Source of the DNA: Proteromonas lacertae
Taxonomy: Eukaryota
NCBI GenBank assembly: GCA_002245135.1
Contig: NGBS01000037.1
Span: 1-64,000 of the forward strand
Direction of reading: 5' to 3'
DNA: 64,000 nucleotides
Part shown: in pieces, positions 52,705 to 63,738 of the stretch
Position numbering within the stretch: the first letter of the stretch is position 1
Layout: each line of letters opens with the position of its first letter
Notes under the pieces: generated by a model
What the model was told of the DNA's origin: nothing
Seen by the model: the letters and a program-made list of their open reading frames with translations, nothing else
Database searches by the model: none
Program-made: the position numbers and the translations under genes

Positions 52705-53508
52705 ATGAAGCAACCAAACTGTATATTTATATTGTTAACTTTTTGCATCATGATGTTAGTAACTCTACTTCTTATATATTTATATTATCCTCAAGATCAA
52801 TTAGATGATGATTTGTCTAACTACAAGCCATTTCCTCATAATTCACACGAACTATTCCCAGATTATACTGAACATCCATTTCTGCCTTTTAAGATAAATA
52901 GATGTTCATGGTTAAAAAGAAATTTTACACCAAAATATAATATGTCTAAGGATGTGCAATGTAAAAAAATAATTAAATATGCTAATTTATTGAATGTAAC
53001 ATATTTTCTTGCATTTGTAAGTGAGTTACAAGCATATAGAAATAACGGTTTTTACAATGATTATGATATTGATATAATTGTTCCAATATGGTTGAATTCT
53101 CATTTATTCAATTGTTCAGATTATATTCCAATAAATCGAAAGAAATATAAATTCAATAGTGTATTATTAGATCACTCTTATAAGTTGTGTGGAAGAAGAA
53201 GAAGACATTATTTCAAACGTTTTATAAGATATTTAGACAGGAGTATAGGATATTATGATATAGGATTGTACACTCACAATGTGCACTTATATGTAAATAG
53301 AAAAACACCATTTTTAGATGTTTGGTTGGTAATGTCAGATGAATATGTTTATGAAGAGTATGATATATGCAAATGCGAATTTTGTGGAATAGAATCATAT
53401 TGTTTAGAGAATGCAGTTAAAAATATAATTAGGAATAATGGTGAAGATTTTATGATTCCTAAACTTAAACAAGGTGAAGAACCTTACATAATACCAAAAT
53501 CATATTAG
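52705..53508 (+). CDS. LicD/fukutin-family phosphotransferase (type II membrane, intronless)
   Basis: FLAFVSELQAYRNNGFYNDYDIDI, PFLDVW, GEDFMIP; N-terminal TM. Confidence 0.8.
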   Translation: MKQPNCIFILLTFCIMMLVTLLLIYLYYPQDQLDDDLSNYKPFPHNSHELFPDYTEHPFLPFKINRCSWLKRNFTPKYNMSKDVQCKKIIKYANLLNVTYFLAFVSELQAYRNNGFYNDYDIDIIVPIWLNSHLFNCSDYIPINRKKYKFNSVLLDHSYKLCGRRRRHYFKRFIRYLDRSIGYYDIGLYTHNVHLYVNRKTPFLDVWLVMSDEYVYEEYDICKCEFCGIESYCLENAVKNIIRNNGEDFMIPKLKQGEEPYIIPKSY

Positions 53509-54030
53509 CTGGATACAGCAAGAACAGTGACGGAACGGTACAAGAACAACACAGGATCAGCTGAAATCACAAAAGTGACATGTTTTTCCTAACTAAAATA
53601 GTTAATATGTTTTTCATAATTTATTTTTATATTTATTTAATATTTTAGAAAAGTAAATAAGTTAGAAGTTTTGAAATAAATTATAAACATCATAAAAAAT
53701 AATAATTCGATTATTATATAATAATATTTTAAGAGTAAGGACTATTTCAACTTAAGACTCTTCTCCTTCACTTGATTCACTCTCTTCATTGTTATAAACC
53801 TTATGTTTCTTAAAATAAAATAATTCATCTAATATATATTTTATAATTGTATTTGTAGAAACTGAAACACCAATATCATTTCTTAATTCACATGAACCAT
53901 AACATCTTTTATAATTATTTTTACTTGCAGAGATGATATCAATTTGTTTCTACTAGTTGAATTTACTATAAAAAATAATTCCTATTTTCAATTACATTGT
54001 ATAGGGTAGTTATTTCTATATATTACTTCT
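53506..54030 (-). mobile_element. Degenerate hAT transposase 3' remnant
   Basis: Minus-strand IVNSTSRNKL...KDVMVHVN (dimerisation-domain-like), acidic tail EESESSEGEES*, and a GC-richer terminal block at 53506-53580. Same layout as 3900-4457. Confidence 0.4.
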
Positions 54031-55384
54031 AATGATAAAAACAGTGAATGTTGATTGTAAGCCATTTTAAATTATTAAAATAAAAGTAATTATTACTAAA
54101 TTTCATATACATTAACATATTATTCTCTTTGGCATATTAATTAGAAAATTGAAAAGTGAAACTTATTTAAACATAGCATAAAATTCTATTATAAATAATA
54201 TATTCTTTCATTTGTAAATAAATTGTAGAAATTCTGTCTAATGAAACGACTAGAATTAATTCAAAAATTTATTCTTTTTAATTCTTTTCAGGATGTTAGA
54301 AGGGTAGTGTACTCAGTACTGTGTTATAGTCAAGATATTTTATAGTATAATAATGAGTATATAAAATTTATATTGTAGTAGAATGCCTAGTCAGGACTAT
54401 TTCCTTTATTTCAAAGTAGATTATTATAATGCAATCTATACAGTATCTGATGTATGATTTATATCTAATGTACTTGGTTACAATCTTCAAGGAGTAAAAT
54501 TCCATTCGATATTACCAACTACATTATTTTTACCATTTTACAATTCAATTCAAAGAAAATCCTTTCAAGATGAATCAAATGAATTAGAATCTTATTTAGT
54601 AATAATTGATCATTATTAGTCCATCATTCTTAAAATCAACCACACTTTCAACAAATAATATAAGCAACAAAAATGGTGGTTATACTCAAAGAATAGCAAT
54701 AAGAAAGATGTTATTAACTCGTATATATTTATATGAAATTTATATAATAGATTGATCAATTACAAGTGATGAAGATAAAGAAGGTAATAGAATAATCAAA
54801 ATATCAAATGTGATGGAAAGCATAAATATTTATATTAATATGTAATGATAATATTAATTATAAAACTATGGAAGCAAAAATACATAGTATTTAAGGTATA
54901 GTTTCTAAATTTATATAGTACTATATATTCTAAATTTGAATAAAGATTAGTATATTTATAATTATTTATATATGTATATAGGATAAAGAAGTGATAAGAG
55001 TAATAAGAGTTTATTTTTATTATATTTATATAGATATAGTATAACTGAAGTGAGGAGAAGGGAAAAGGATAAGAAGAAAGAATTTATCTCCTTAATTAGC
55101 AGGAGTTATCAAAAAGAAGTATAATATCGCAATTACATTGAATTACATTCCCAAATACAACCCTTTCTTATTCGCACACAACAGAGCATAATATCATAAA
55201 ATCTTCTAATGTTTAAACCTCTTTTATTAATATTGATTTAATCACATAAATAGAATAGTATATATACCAAATATATATTAATCCTCTTTTCAAAAAATGT
55301 AAATATAGTATTTAATTAGCAATATATTATATCATATTATCATTGAAAAATAAAATTAAAAGGAAAATTAACAATATAATTAGT

Positions 55385-56093
55385 ATGAGTTACAATAAAT
55401 ATTATATGCACAAAAATCAATATGTAATATAAATGAAGGTAATTATGAGAATATAAGTGGTTATTGTACTTATCCAGATTATCAAGATACGACATTCTCC
55501 TTAGATCAAGTATATGTGAGTAAACCACCTGAAGATAATAGATTCTGTGTAGAAGGAACATTATTAACAATTCATGTTGGAAGTTGTGATAATCAATCAA
55601 GTGTAATACCTGTAACAATATCTTATAAATATGCAGAAAGTGATCAAAAGCATTTCTTTGAGGAATTTCTTTATGATTGCAAAGAAGGAGTAATAAACTC
55701 TCATAAATTTAATGAACCACTTTGTGTAGATGGAACATCCATCAATAATATCACAATAATATTAGAAAAGACACAAACAAATGAAATAATCTCAACAAGT
55801 AATTTAATATTAGGATGTCTTGGTTATGAAGATGAATCAACAATATAGAATGCCACATTAACAAATAACTCAACAGAAGGTATGTGTAAACCAACTTTCG
55901 TATATAATGAAGGAGTAGGTCCAAGAAAATGCATGAAAATGGCAAATGGGAAGAAATAGAGAAAGTCTGTATTCAATTGAAACAAAAGACATTTATGGAT
56001 GAATATGGAGCTTTAATAATTGGTTTATTAGCTGGTGTATGTTGTTTCTGGTGGTTATTGGTCTTAATGTCATTGTTGTTTATGCCTTTCTAA
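55385..56093 (+). pseudogene. Surface-protein pseudogene with a hormone-receptor-like Cys module and TM
   Basis: GC...I*NAT......GMC...PRKC/ENGKW...C pattern (TGG>TAG at 55846 plus a frameshift), followed by hydrophobic LIIGLLAGVCCFWWLLVL. Confidence 0.45.
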
Positions 56094-56341
56094 ATCTATA
56101 ATCCAACATTCCACACATTATTATTGCATGATAATATCACACTCTGCGTTATTACAAACATTTCATTTTAAAAATTTCATTTCAATAAGTAATGATTGCA
56201 CAACGAGTATAATAAATATAATAATGGTTAATAAAGCTAATAAATTAACACTAATATAACATTGGTTAATATTTATTTTAATAATAGAAAATTACATGTA
56301 ATTACATTTAAATACCATATTTTTTGTTTTATATATAAATT

Positions 56342-57547
56342 ATGTATATAGCAAATCACAAAGTGCGTATAGCATCAATTACAATCAATTTGCTTATAAT
56401 TATTGGGATAATAATATATTATTATATCTTTGAAGAAAATTATAAAAATATTACTGTTTTACCTAAGCCAATTATAAGTAACATAGCGTTAAATACTCAA
56501 TATATTTCCGAAAAACCGCCTAAATTGTATTTATTCGAGAATAACACATTAATGGTTTACAAAGCATTTGAAGATATAAGAAATCAATCTATTAAGATTT
56601 TATGTGCTGTATTGCTTAATTTTGATTTAAGCAGAATAAATGTCAAAATAAACGGTGTTGAAGTTAAATTTAAGCTTATATATTATGGTTTAATAATTAA
56701 AGCAAATCGAGATTTTCCTTTGAAATATGCAAACATTATTGTTCCTCTGCATTCCAATATTTCAAGTATTAAAGTAAACAATATTGATATACCATCACAC
56801 CATGTAGAAAAAATCAAATACAAATATGATTTTACTGTATGTATTAGTTCTATTAAAAACAATTATAGTGCAATTAATATATTAAATCAAACAATAAATA
56901 TATATAAAAGAATTGGTGTATCTCATATAATATTATATTTTGGTGATATATCAGAAGATGTGTATAATTTAATTAAACACTATGAATCAATTGGATTATT
57001 AGAAATTTATTATTGGCCTCAATTAGTTATGCTTCAATACCTTCGAAATTTTGGCCAAATAATAAAAATGAATGATTGTTTATATAGAAGTTATTACAAT
57101 AGCAATTATATTATTAATACTGATATGGATGAAATAATTATTCCTGTAAAACATAATCATATAAGAGATTTAATATATGAATATAAAAATTCAAATGAAG
57201 AATGCAGATTATTTAATTTTGAAAACAAAATATTTCCTAAACGTTTAGGTTATATTGATAAACAATATAAAAAAGATAGAGGTAGTTATTATAGTTTAAC
57301 TCCAGTAATAGACTGCGATTTATTTAATTTAACATTAAGCTGTAAATCAACAAAAGAGAATGGAAAATACATAGTATCAACAAAAAATGTTGATGCAATT
57401 AGATTTCATAGCGTTGTAGGTGAAGATAGTAAATGCGATATATCTTCTAAAGATGGTTATGTTCATCATACTCGTTATATTCCAACAGTGCAGAAACAGT
57501 ATTGTAGAAAGCTATCAATAGATAAAACATTATTGAAATACAAATAA
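56342..57547 (+). CDS. GT92 (DUF23) family glycosyltransferase, intronless
   Basis: Type II TM, FTVCIS, IGVSHIILY, FGQIIKMNDCLYR, NTDMDEIIIP, KYIV...H...HHTR. Confidence 0.85.
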   Translation: MYIANHKVRIASITINLLIIIGIIIYYYIFEENYKNITVLPKPIISNIALNTQYISEKPPKLYLFENNTLMVYKAFEDIRNQSIKILCAVLLNFDLSRINVKINGVEVKFKLIYYGLIIKANRDFPLKYANIIVPLHSNISSIKVNNIDIPSHHVEKIKYKYDFTVCISSIKNNYSAINILNQTINIYKRIGVSHIILYFGDISEDVYNLIKHYESIGLLEIYYWPQLVMLQYLRNFGQIIKMNDCLYRSYYNSNYIINTDMDEIIIPVKHNHIRDLIYEYKNSNEECRLFNFENKIFPKRLGYIDKQYKKDRGSYYSLTPVIDCDLFNLTLSCKSTKENGKYIVSTKNVDAIRFHSVVGEDSKCDISSKDGYVHHTRYIPTVQKQYCRKLSIDKTLLKYK

Positions 57548-57598
57548 AACAGATATAGTTAGTTATTATTTTTTATTTATAAAAATTAGTTAATGCTA

Positions 57599-58423
57599 TT
57601 AGTGATTAATGTGACTTATAAACATACTAACCAATCCATTTTCATACCAAAAATCATGTCTTGTCCAATTCGAAGGAATAGCTTTGTAACTCCACTTATA
57701 TCTCTCTCTTTCTGCATTATCAAATAATATTATACCATTATCACTTTTTATCATCTGTATTGCTCTTAATAGGCAACCTGTTCTTGCTCTTCCATCAATA
57801 CTTATATAGTCATACTTTAAATCAGGAATTGAATTACTGTTGACATATGATTTAAAACAAGTAGGCTTATTATAGAATTGACTAATATATTGTTTTTCAT
57901 TTTCACAATAATTAAATTTATCCTCGTCTATCCATATTAGTTTTGTCTTTTTATCTAAATATCTTCTGGTTATTTTCCTTTGAACTATTTTAGACCATGC
58001 TTTTGTATTTTCTACCGATATTAAACTCCTCAATCTGTAACTTAACCATAGGGTACTTGAACCACTGCTCCATTCTAATCCTGTTGCATTTAATGATAAA
58101 ATATGATCTAATACATAGATACATTCTCTAGATATCCATGGTTCGCAATTATTGCCTGTATCTTTTTCCTGATTATAGCGATTTTTACCTAGTTTATCTT
58201 TATTATCACATTGTTCCAATGGTATTCTTTTATCTGACGATATTTTTTGGTAAATTTTTCTATATTCTACAATCTTTTTATCAATTTCATGTGAAAAGCT
58301 AATATTATATAGATTAACCTTGTTAAACATATAAATATTAGCTTTATCATTCTTTTGTAATAACTTGTAGAATATCATTATTACAAGGCTAAAAGATGTT
58401 AGGCTAAGTAATTCAATAATCAT
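57599..58423 (-). CDS. Type II membrane class I SAM-dependent methyltransferase (probably glycan-modifying)
   Basis: GLEWSSGSSTLW, ISVEN..AW, YDYISIDGRAR, GIILFDNAERERY. Confidence 0.85.
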   Translation of the reverse strand: MIIELLSLTSFSLVIMIFYKLLQKNDKANIYMFNKVNLYNISFSHEIDKKIVEYRKIYQKISSDKRIPLEQCDNKDKLGKNRYNQEKDTGNNCEPWISRECIYVLDHILSLNATGLEWSSGSSTLWLSYRLRSLISVENTKAWSKIVQRKITRRYLDKKTKLIWIDEDKFNYCENEKQYISQFYNKPTCFKSYVNSNSIPDLKYDYISIDGRARTGCLLRAIQMIKSDNGIILFDNAERERYKWSYKAIPSNWTRHDFWYENGLVSMFISHINH

Positions 58424-58531
58424 ATTATAAGATAAGAATAATAAACTTCTATAATAGTAAAAGTATTAGAAATTTCTTGAAAATGTTCAAACATACTCAA
58501 ATTATTTTAATTTCTTTTTTAATATATATTC

Positions 58532-59392
58532 ATGCTCAGCTGTTATTTGTTCTTCTTTTCTTTTCTTTTCTTGTTTTCTTCTAATAAACAAATGTTTAAT
58601 AATAAAAGAGATTTGAAAGAAAAAAGAGAAGTGATTTATAAAGCAGTTATATCAGTTAGAGCATCTCATCCTACTGAATCTCAAATTAATCGATTTATAG
58701 AATGGGAAAATAGTTTAGATGATTGTTATAAGTTAATAGTTTTAACAGACGATAAATCCTTACATATATTAGATATTGATATTGAACTAGTTACAGCACA
58801 TGAAGTAGTATCAAAATGGCCAGCTATTAAAAAGCTAGGAAGTGATTGAGGTAATCAAAAAGACTCATTCTATATGTGGTCATCTTCCCATGAACATATT
58901 GTATTATGGTCGAGAAAAACCAAACTAAAATTTGAATATTTATGGCATTTAGAACAAGATTTAGGTTATTCTGGAAATATAAACAAATTTTTGAAATATT
59001 ATGATAATTTTAATGTCGATGTAATTTCATTACCATATGGACAAAATAGAAAAAAGACATGGTGGAATAAATGTTATACACAGGAATACAATGACTGGAG
59101 AAAAGAATTCTACGATAAAAAATACAGGTTTGCAAGTAGTGTGTTTATATTTTGATGGAATTACAAAGTATTGGATATTTTATATAATCAATTTGAATTG
59201 AAAAGACATACAGTCAATGAAGTAGTTACAGCTGAAATAACATTTATCTTTCATTTATCAGTTAGAATAATATCACAAAAATATATTGGTGCTTATTGTG
59301 TATGGAATGGGAGAATTAGTCCTAAACAATGGACAGATATAAATAATAAAATAGAAACAAGAAATAAATTATATCATGCTTTGAAGTTTTAA
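58532..59392 (+). pseudogene. DUF3405-like putative glycosyltransferase with two in-frame TGA stops
   Basis: TGA at 58847 (Cys TGT in the paralog) and at 59153 (Arg CGA in the paralog). Otherwise one continuous frame. Confidence 0.65.
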
Positions 59393-59723
59393 CATAAAGA
59401 TGTTATTGTAGTTGAATAGTAAATATTAATATATATATTAATGATATTGTATTTATTATACTCGTTAATTCTATTGTATTTTAGAATAATAAAAGTTGCA
59501 TTCTAAGATAATATTTAAAGTAAAATACTTCAATAGAAATAAATAGAATTTGTAAATAAGAAATGTCTTATATATTTATAAATCTTATTAACTGTATTGT
59601 TTAAAAGCTATATGTAATAAAAATAAAATTGAAATAATATACTGTTGAAAACATTATTAAAAAAGATTAGATTTATAATACTCTTTATTATGTAAATTAA
59701 TTCAAATAAGTGATAAGCAAAGA

Positions 59724-59946
59724 TACAATATGTCATAAATATCAACTATTTGAAGGATATAAACAACTTATTCGATCATTTTAATAAACTTCAATATTCT
59801 TACTATATCTACTATATTATCATTACATTATGTATGATATATGATAGAATAAGATGTATATATATAATCAGAATATTGAAGTTTATTAAAATGATTGAAT
59901 AAGTTGTTTATGTCCTTCAAATAGTTGATATTTATGACATACTGTA
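59724..59946. repeat. Local inverted repeat (~75-bp arms) formed by the 3' end of the fucosyltransferase gene
   Basis: TATGTCATAAATATCAACTATTTGAAGGA...TCAATATTCT (59729-59800) versus its reverse complement at 59870-59941. Confidence 0.9.
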
Positions 59947-61007
59947 CCTCTACCAATCACTTTTACACAATCATTATAATTAGATACATTTATACATTTA
60001 CCACTCCACAATAAAGACATTAAACCAAATGTACTTTGATTTGTTATTATAAAATAATCTGAATGAGATAATAGTAATATTTCTATAAAAGAACTATCAT
60101 CAGAAGAATTTCTACTATAATGAGATATTCGTCTATTTGATATTAAATTTATTATATATTTCGAATATTTCTTTTCATATTCTTTTAATAATTTACTATT
60201 ATCACTAAACAAAATCCATTTCACTTTTGAGTTTTTACTACTAACATTCATGGCTGTTGATATAAATTCTTTTAATTCATTCTCTAATAGAAAACTACGA
60301 TTATCTTTGAAATCTCCTCTTCCTGTTCTTATATGAATTCCTATTACTTTATCATATTCTTTTAGTTTAACATTATAATCATTCCATAATTTTTCATATT
60401 TTGGTTTTAGTTTTAACACATTTTTAAATATATTATATTCCATTTCTAATTGTAATTTTCGTATATTTGTTTCATATTTGTTAGATATTAATTTGAATGA
60501 ATATAATATTTCATTAAAATATTTCAATAATGCTATATGATAAGATAAATCACACCAGATTACTTGCAAACATTCATAACTACTATTTATTCTTAAGAAT
60601 TCTTCTATTTCGATTGTTGACATATCACATAAATTGATTATTTTACAGAAATTATACACTCTCTCAGTAAATTTTGGAAATGGAACACTGAAGAAGCTAT
60701 CGAATTCTTTCCACTTTAATACTATTCAAAATTACATATATCATATATTCATTATTATACTTCTAGGATAATGGTTGTTCACCAGTGATAAAATCAATAA
60801 TTCAACTACTCCTTTTATTCGATTTCCTAATCCCCAACTCAAATACTCATAATATGTTTGATTATATGATTTTAAACACCATCTACTATATACCGAAGGA
60901 ATTGAGTTACAAATGTCTGAATTTACTGACAATTCGGAAAAATATAATGCAATAATGTATAATAAAGGCAATACAAATAATAACAAAACTAACAACATCT
61001 TTATCAT
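59886..61007 (-). CDS. Fucosyltransferase-like protein, apparently intact copy
   Basis: Same motifs and intron as 50370-51554; ends ...HKYQLFEGHKQLIQSF*. Confidence 0.82.
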
Positions 61008-62414
61008 GGAAATAACAATAAAAATTAGAAATGTAACAGCTATATTTTAATTAGCCTCATTACATATTCTCATAGATTAGAATCAAATAACAAGTTAATA
61101 ATACATCAAAAGTATATGTTTGATGATATGCTATTCACTTTGAAATTCTTGTATTTAATTAACATAAAAACAATTTGAACATATATGTCTACTTAAGGAT
61201 GTGAAATATTCTGTCATTTTACGAGTATAATAAATATAAATATTTTTAAAACTATATAAATGAGTATTTCTATCAATAATTGGAATTAAGAAAAAATGAT
61301 TTACAGAAAGTTCTAGAAATTAATCAAGTCAAATATATAGATTTGACATATTTACAGTATTTCTTATTAATTACAATATTGTATAATGATAGAAACATAT
61401 GACTATAGATAATTATAATAATTCATATGACTATAATTGCTTACTAATATGTAATATAAGTAGAGATTACAACAAATCATTTTCATTTTATCATATTTTT
61501 CATATATATTTCTTTCTAAGCTTTAGGAAAATAAATTATCAATATTGAAAAAATAATTATCACAATGATTTGAAAATATGTGAATAAATTAACATATAAT
61601 GACATTTGTACACTTAGTAAAAAGACTAAATGGAGTGGATTAGCATCTTTATAGCATATTTATATGTGAATTAAAATATGCAGTATAATAATACTTCTCA
61701 TATTAATCTCAATTTACCTTTATAAATTATATAGTTCTATTTTTATGTAGTATTTTATTATTGATTTGTAAATATTATGTTTATTGATGTTAAGATTCCA
61801 TTTCATGTAGTAAAACTACCATAAAAACAGATGTTATTTTATTTTATAATTGTTATTTACTTGTCAGTTACTACATTATTGAATTTGCTTGGATATATTT
61901 AATCTCATTTACTATTCCTATATATATATTAATGTATTTTAACTATTACTATACATAAATATTGTTGCTTAATAAACACGTTCATTCGTTAGTGATTATT
62001 AACTAGTATAATAGTGATAATTCTATTAAAGAAGATTATATTTATAATACTCGTTATAGTGTATTTTTTAAAACAATATCTATCTAATTAAAATTACTCT
62101 TTAAATCAAATTGTTGTTTTTGTTTCTTTATAATTATTTGTAAATATATTCCTTTTTAAAATAATTAAAATTTAAAACTACCTTCATAATCTTTAATGTT
62201 TAGGTTTTATATAAGATGGGAATAATATAATTAACATTTATAAAATATTTGTTTATATAATATAATAATTAATATGTAGTATGATTTTAACTTTATCAAT
62301 GTGATTTACTTAATTTGTAGGTCTATTATAATAATTAAAGAATTTATTTCTAAAAATCTAGTCGTTTCAATTTCATTTCAATTTATTTATTTTGTAATTT
62401 AACCATATTAGAAT

Positions 62415-63386
62415 ATGATATATTTGTTATTAATACTATTATTTATCCGATTTTCTTATTGTTATAGTCAAAAACTGTGTGATGAGTTATTGATTGTAGA
62501 ATCTAGTTATAATCATTCTAAGTGTATTTTATCAAATAGAAAATATGTGCCATTAGATAAATGGACAAAAAAGTCAGTAAAATATCCAAAAATGTATATT
62601 AGTGATATTATAGGTGAAACAGTGATAAAGAGAAGTTTAATGTTGATAGGTGTTCAAGTGTATTCTACTATGTTTTACGATAGATATGTTTATAGAAAAT
62701 TATATAAGAATTATGAAAAAGTCCAATTATTATTCTTCTTGGGTTTAACAGATAATGATTTAATAAATGGCAGAATAATTCAAGAGAGTATGATATATAA
62801 AGATATGGTAATATTCAATTTTACTACTTCTTATCAAACACTACATATTCAAACATATAATTTCTTAAAATGGATAGAAAGACATAAACATATGTATAAA
62901 TATATAATAAAACAAGATAGTGATACATTTCTGAATATACCACTTCTTCTTGATAAAATTAAATCAATATCTTTAAAATATAATAATAGTTTTATGATGG
63001 GATATGTATTTGATGAATGTTTCTTTTGTTTTACAAGATATAGAATCGCTTATGCAAGTGGAATGTGTTATATATTTCCATCCAAAATAATAAGTGAAAT
63101 GAATAAAGTGGGTGATGAATTAATAAAGAAAACATATCCTGGTTATCCTGAAGACTTCTTTACTGGTAAATTAATACAAAACAATAATAAGATAAAACTA
63201 ATAGATTCTAATAAATGTTATAATCTATTATCATATCTAAATCCTCCTAAAGAGTTGAAGTTCTCTGATAATCTGTTGATAGTTCATCATCTCAAAATAT
63301 CAGAAATTGCTTTTATTCATTTACATTTCATAAAGAATTTAACAGTTAGAAATATATGTTATTATAATTTTAAATCAGCTTACTGA
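62415..63386 (+). CDS. GT31-family beta-1,3-galactosyltransferase-like protein, intronless
   Basis: LFFLG, ES..YKDMVIFNF, IIKQDSDTFLN (DxD), YASGMCY, PEDFFTG, VHH. Confidence 0.85.
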   Translation: MIYLLLILLFIRFSYCYSQKLCDELLIVESSYNHSKCILSNRKYVPLDKWTKKSVKYPKMYISDIIGETVIKRSLMLIGVQVYSTMFYDRYVYRKLYKNYEKVQLLFFLGLTDNDLINGRIIQESMIYKDMVIFNFTTSYQTLHIQTYNFLKWIERHKHMYKYIIKQDSDTFLNIPLLLDKIKSISLKYNNSFMMGYVFDECFFCFTRYRIAYASGMCYIFPSKIISEMNKVGDELIKKTYPGYPEDFFTGKLIQNNNKIKLIDSNKCYNLLSYLNPPKELKFSDNLLIVHHLKISEIAFIHLHFIKNLTVRNICYYNFKSAY

Positions 63387-63391
63387 ATAAT

Positions 63392-63399
63392 TGTTTGTT
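63392..63399 (+). promoter_or_regulatory. TGTTTGTT putative 3'-processing/polyadenylation motif
   Basis: Lies exactly 5 nt after the TGA of the GT31 gene, matching the spacing known for the Blastocystis motif. Confidence 0.45.
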
Positions 63400-63738
63400 G
63401 ATATAATAACGAGTATAATATACACAATTATTTTTAAAAGACAAATCGAATAAAACAATGGCAACCTCAACTTCACTTCATATCATTTATTATAATGAAA
63501 TTCAATAAATACTGTCAATATGTCAAATTCATTGATTTGATTTGATTGATTCCTAGAATATTCTAGAAATTATTTTCTATTTTCATTCTATTTAAAGTGA
63601 TATTGGTTTTTATATTTTTTAAAAATAACTATATTTGTTATACTCGTTATTAATTAACACAAGATGGTGATTTTAACAATAATGATGTGAAAGAGTTCTA
63701 TATTAAAGTAGGATATAGAAATAAATAATATAATTATA

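Larger units (their letters stand above)
58472..61356. repeat. Right arm of the inverted segmental duplication (partner 50021-52653)
   Basis: Near-identical reverse complement. Contains an extra 215 bp (59701-59915) missing from the left arm. Confidence 0.95.

Noticed and set aside
54290..55120. Possible decayed intron-containing gene
   Set aside because: Fragmentary frames with stops and no recognisable family.
58847..59155. In-frame TGA as selenocysteine or an alternative genetic code
   Set aside because: The two TGAs align to different residues (Cys, Arg) and each is a single-base change. TGA ends normal genes elsewhere in the window.
59168..59205. GT...AG segment missing in the left paralog as precise intron loss
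   Set aside because: The deletion junction does not match the splice product, and the segment is in-frame coding in the right copy.
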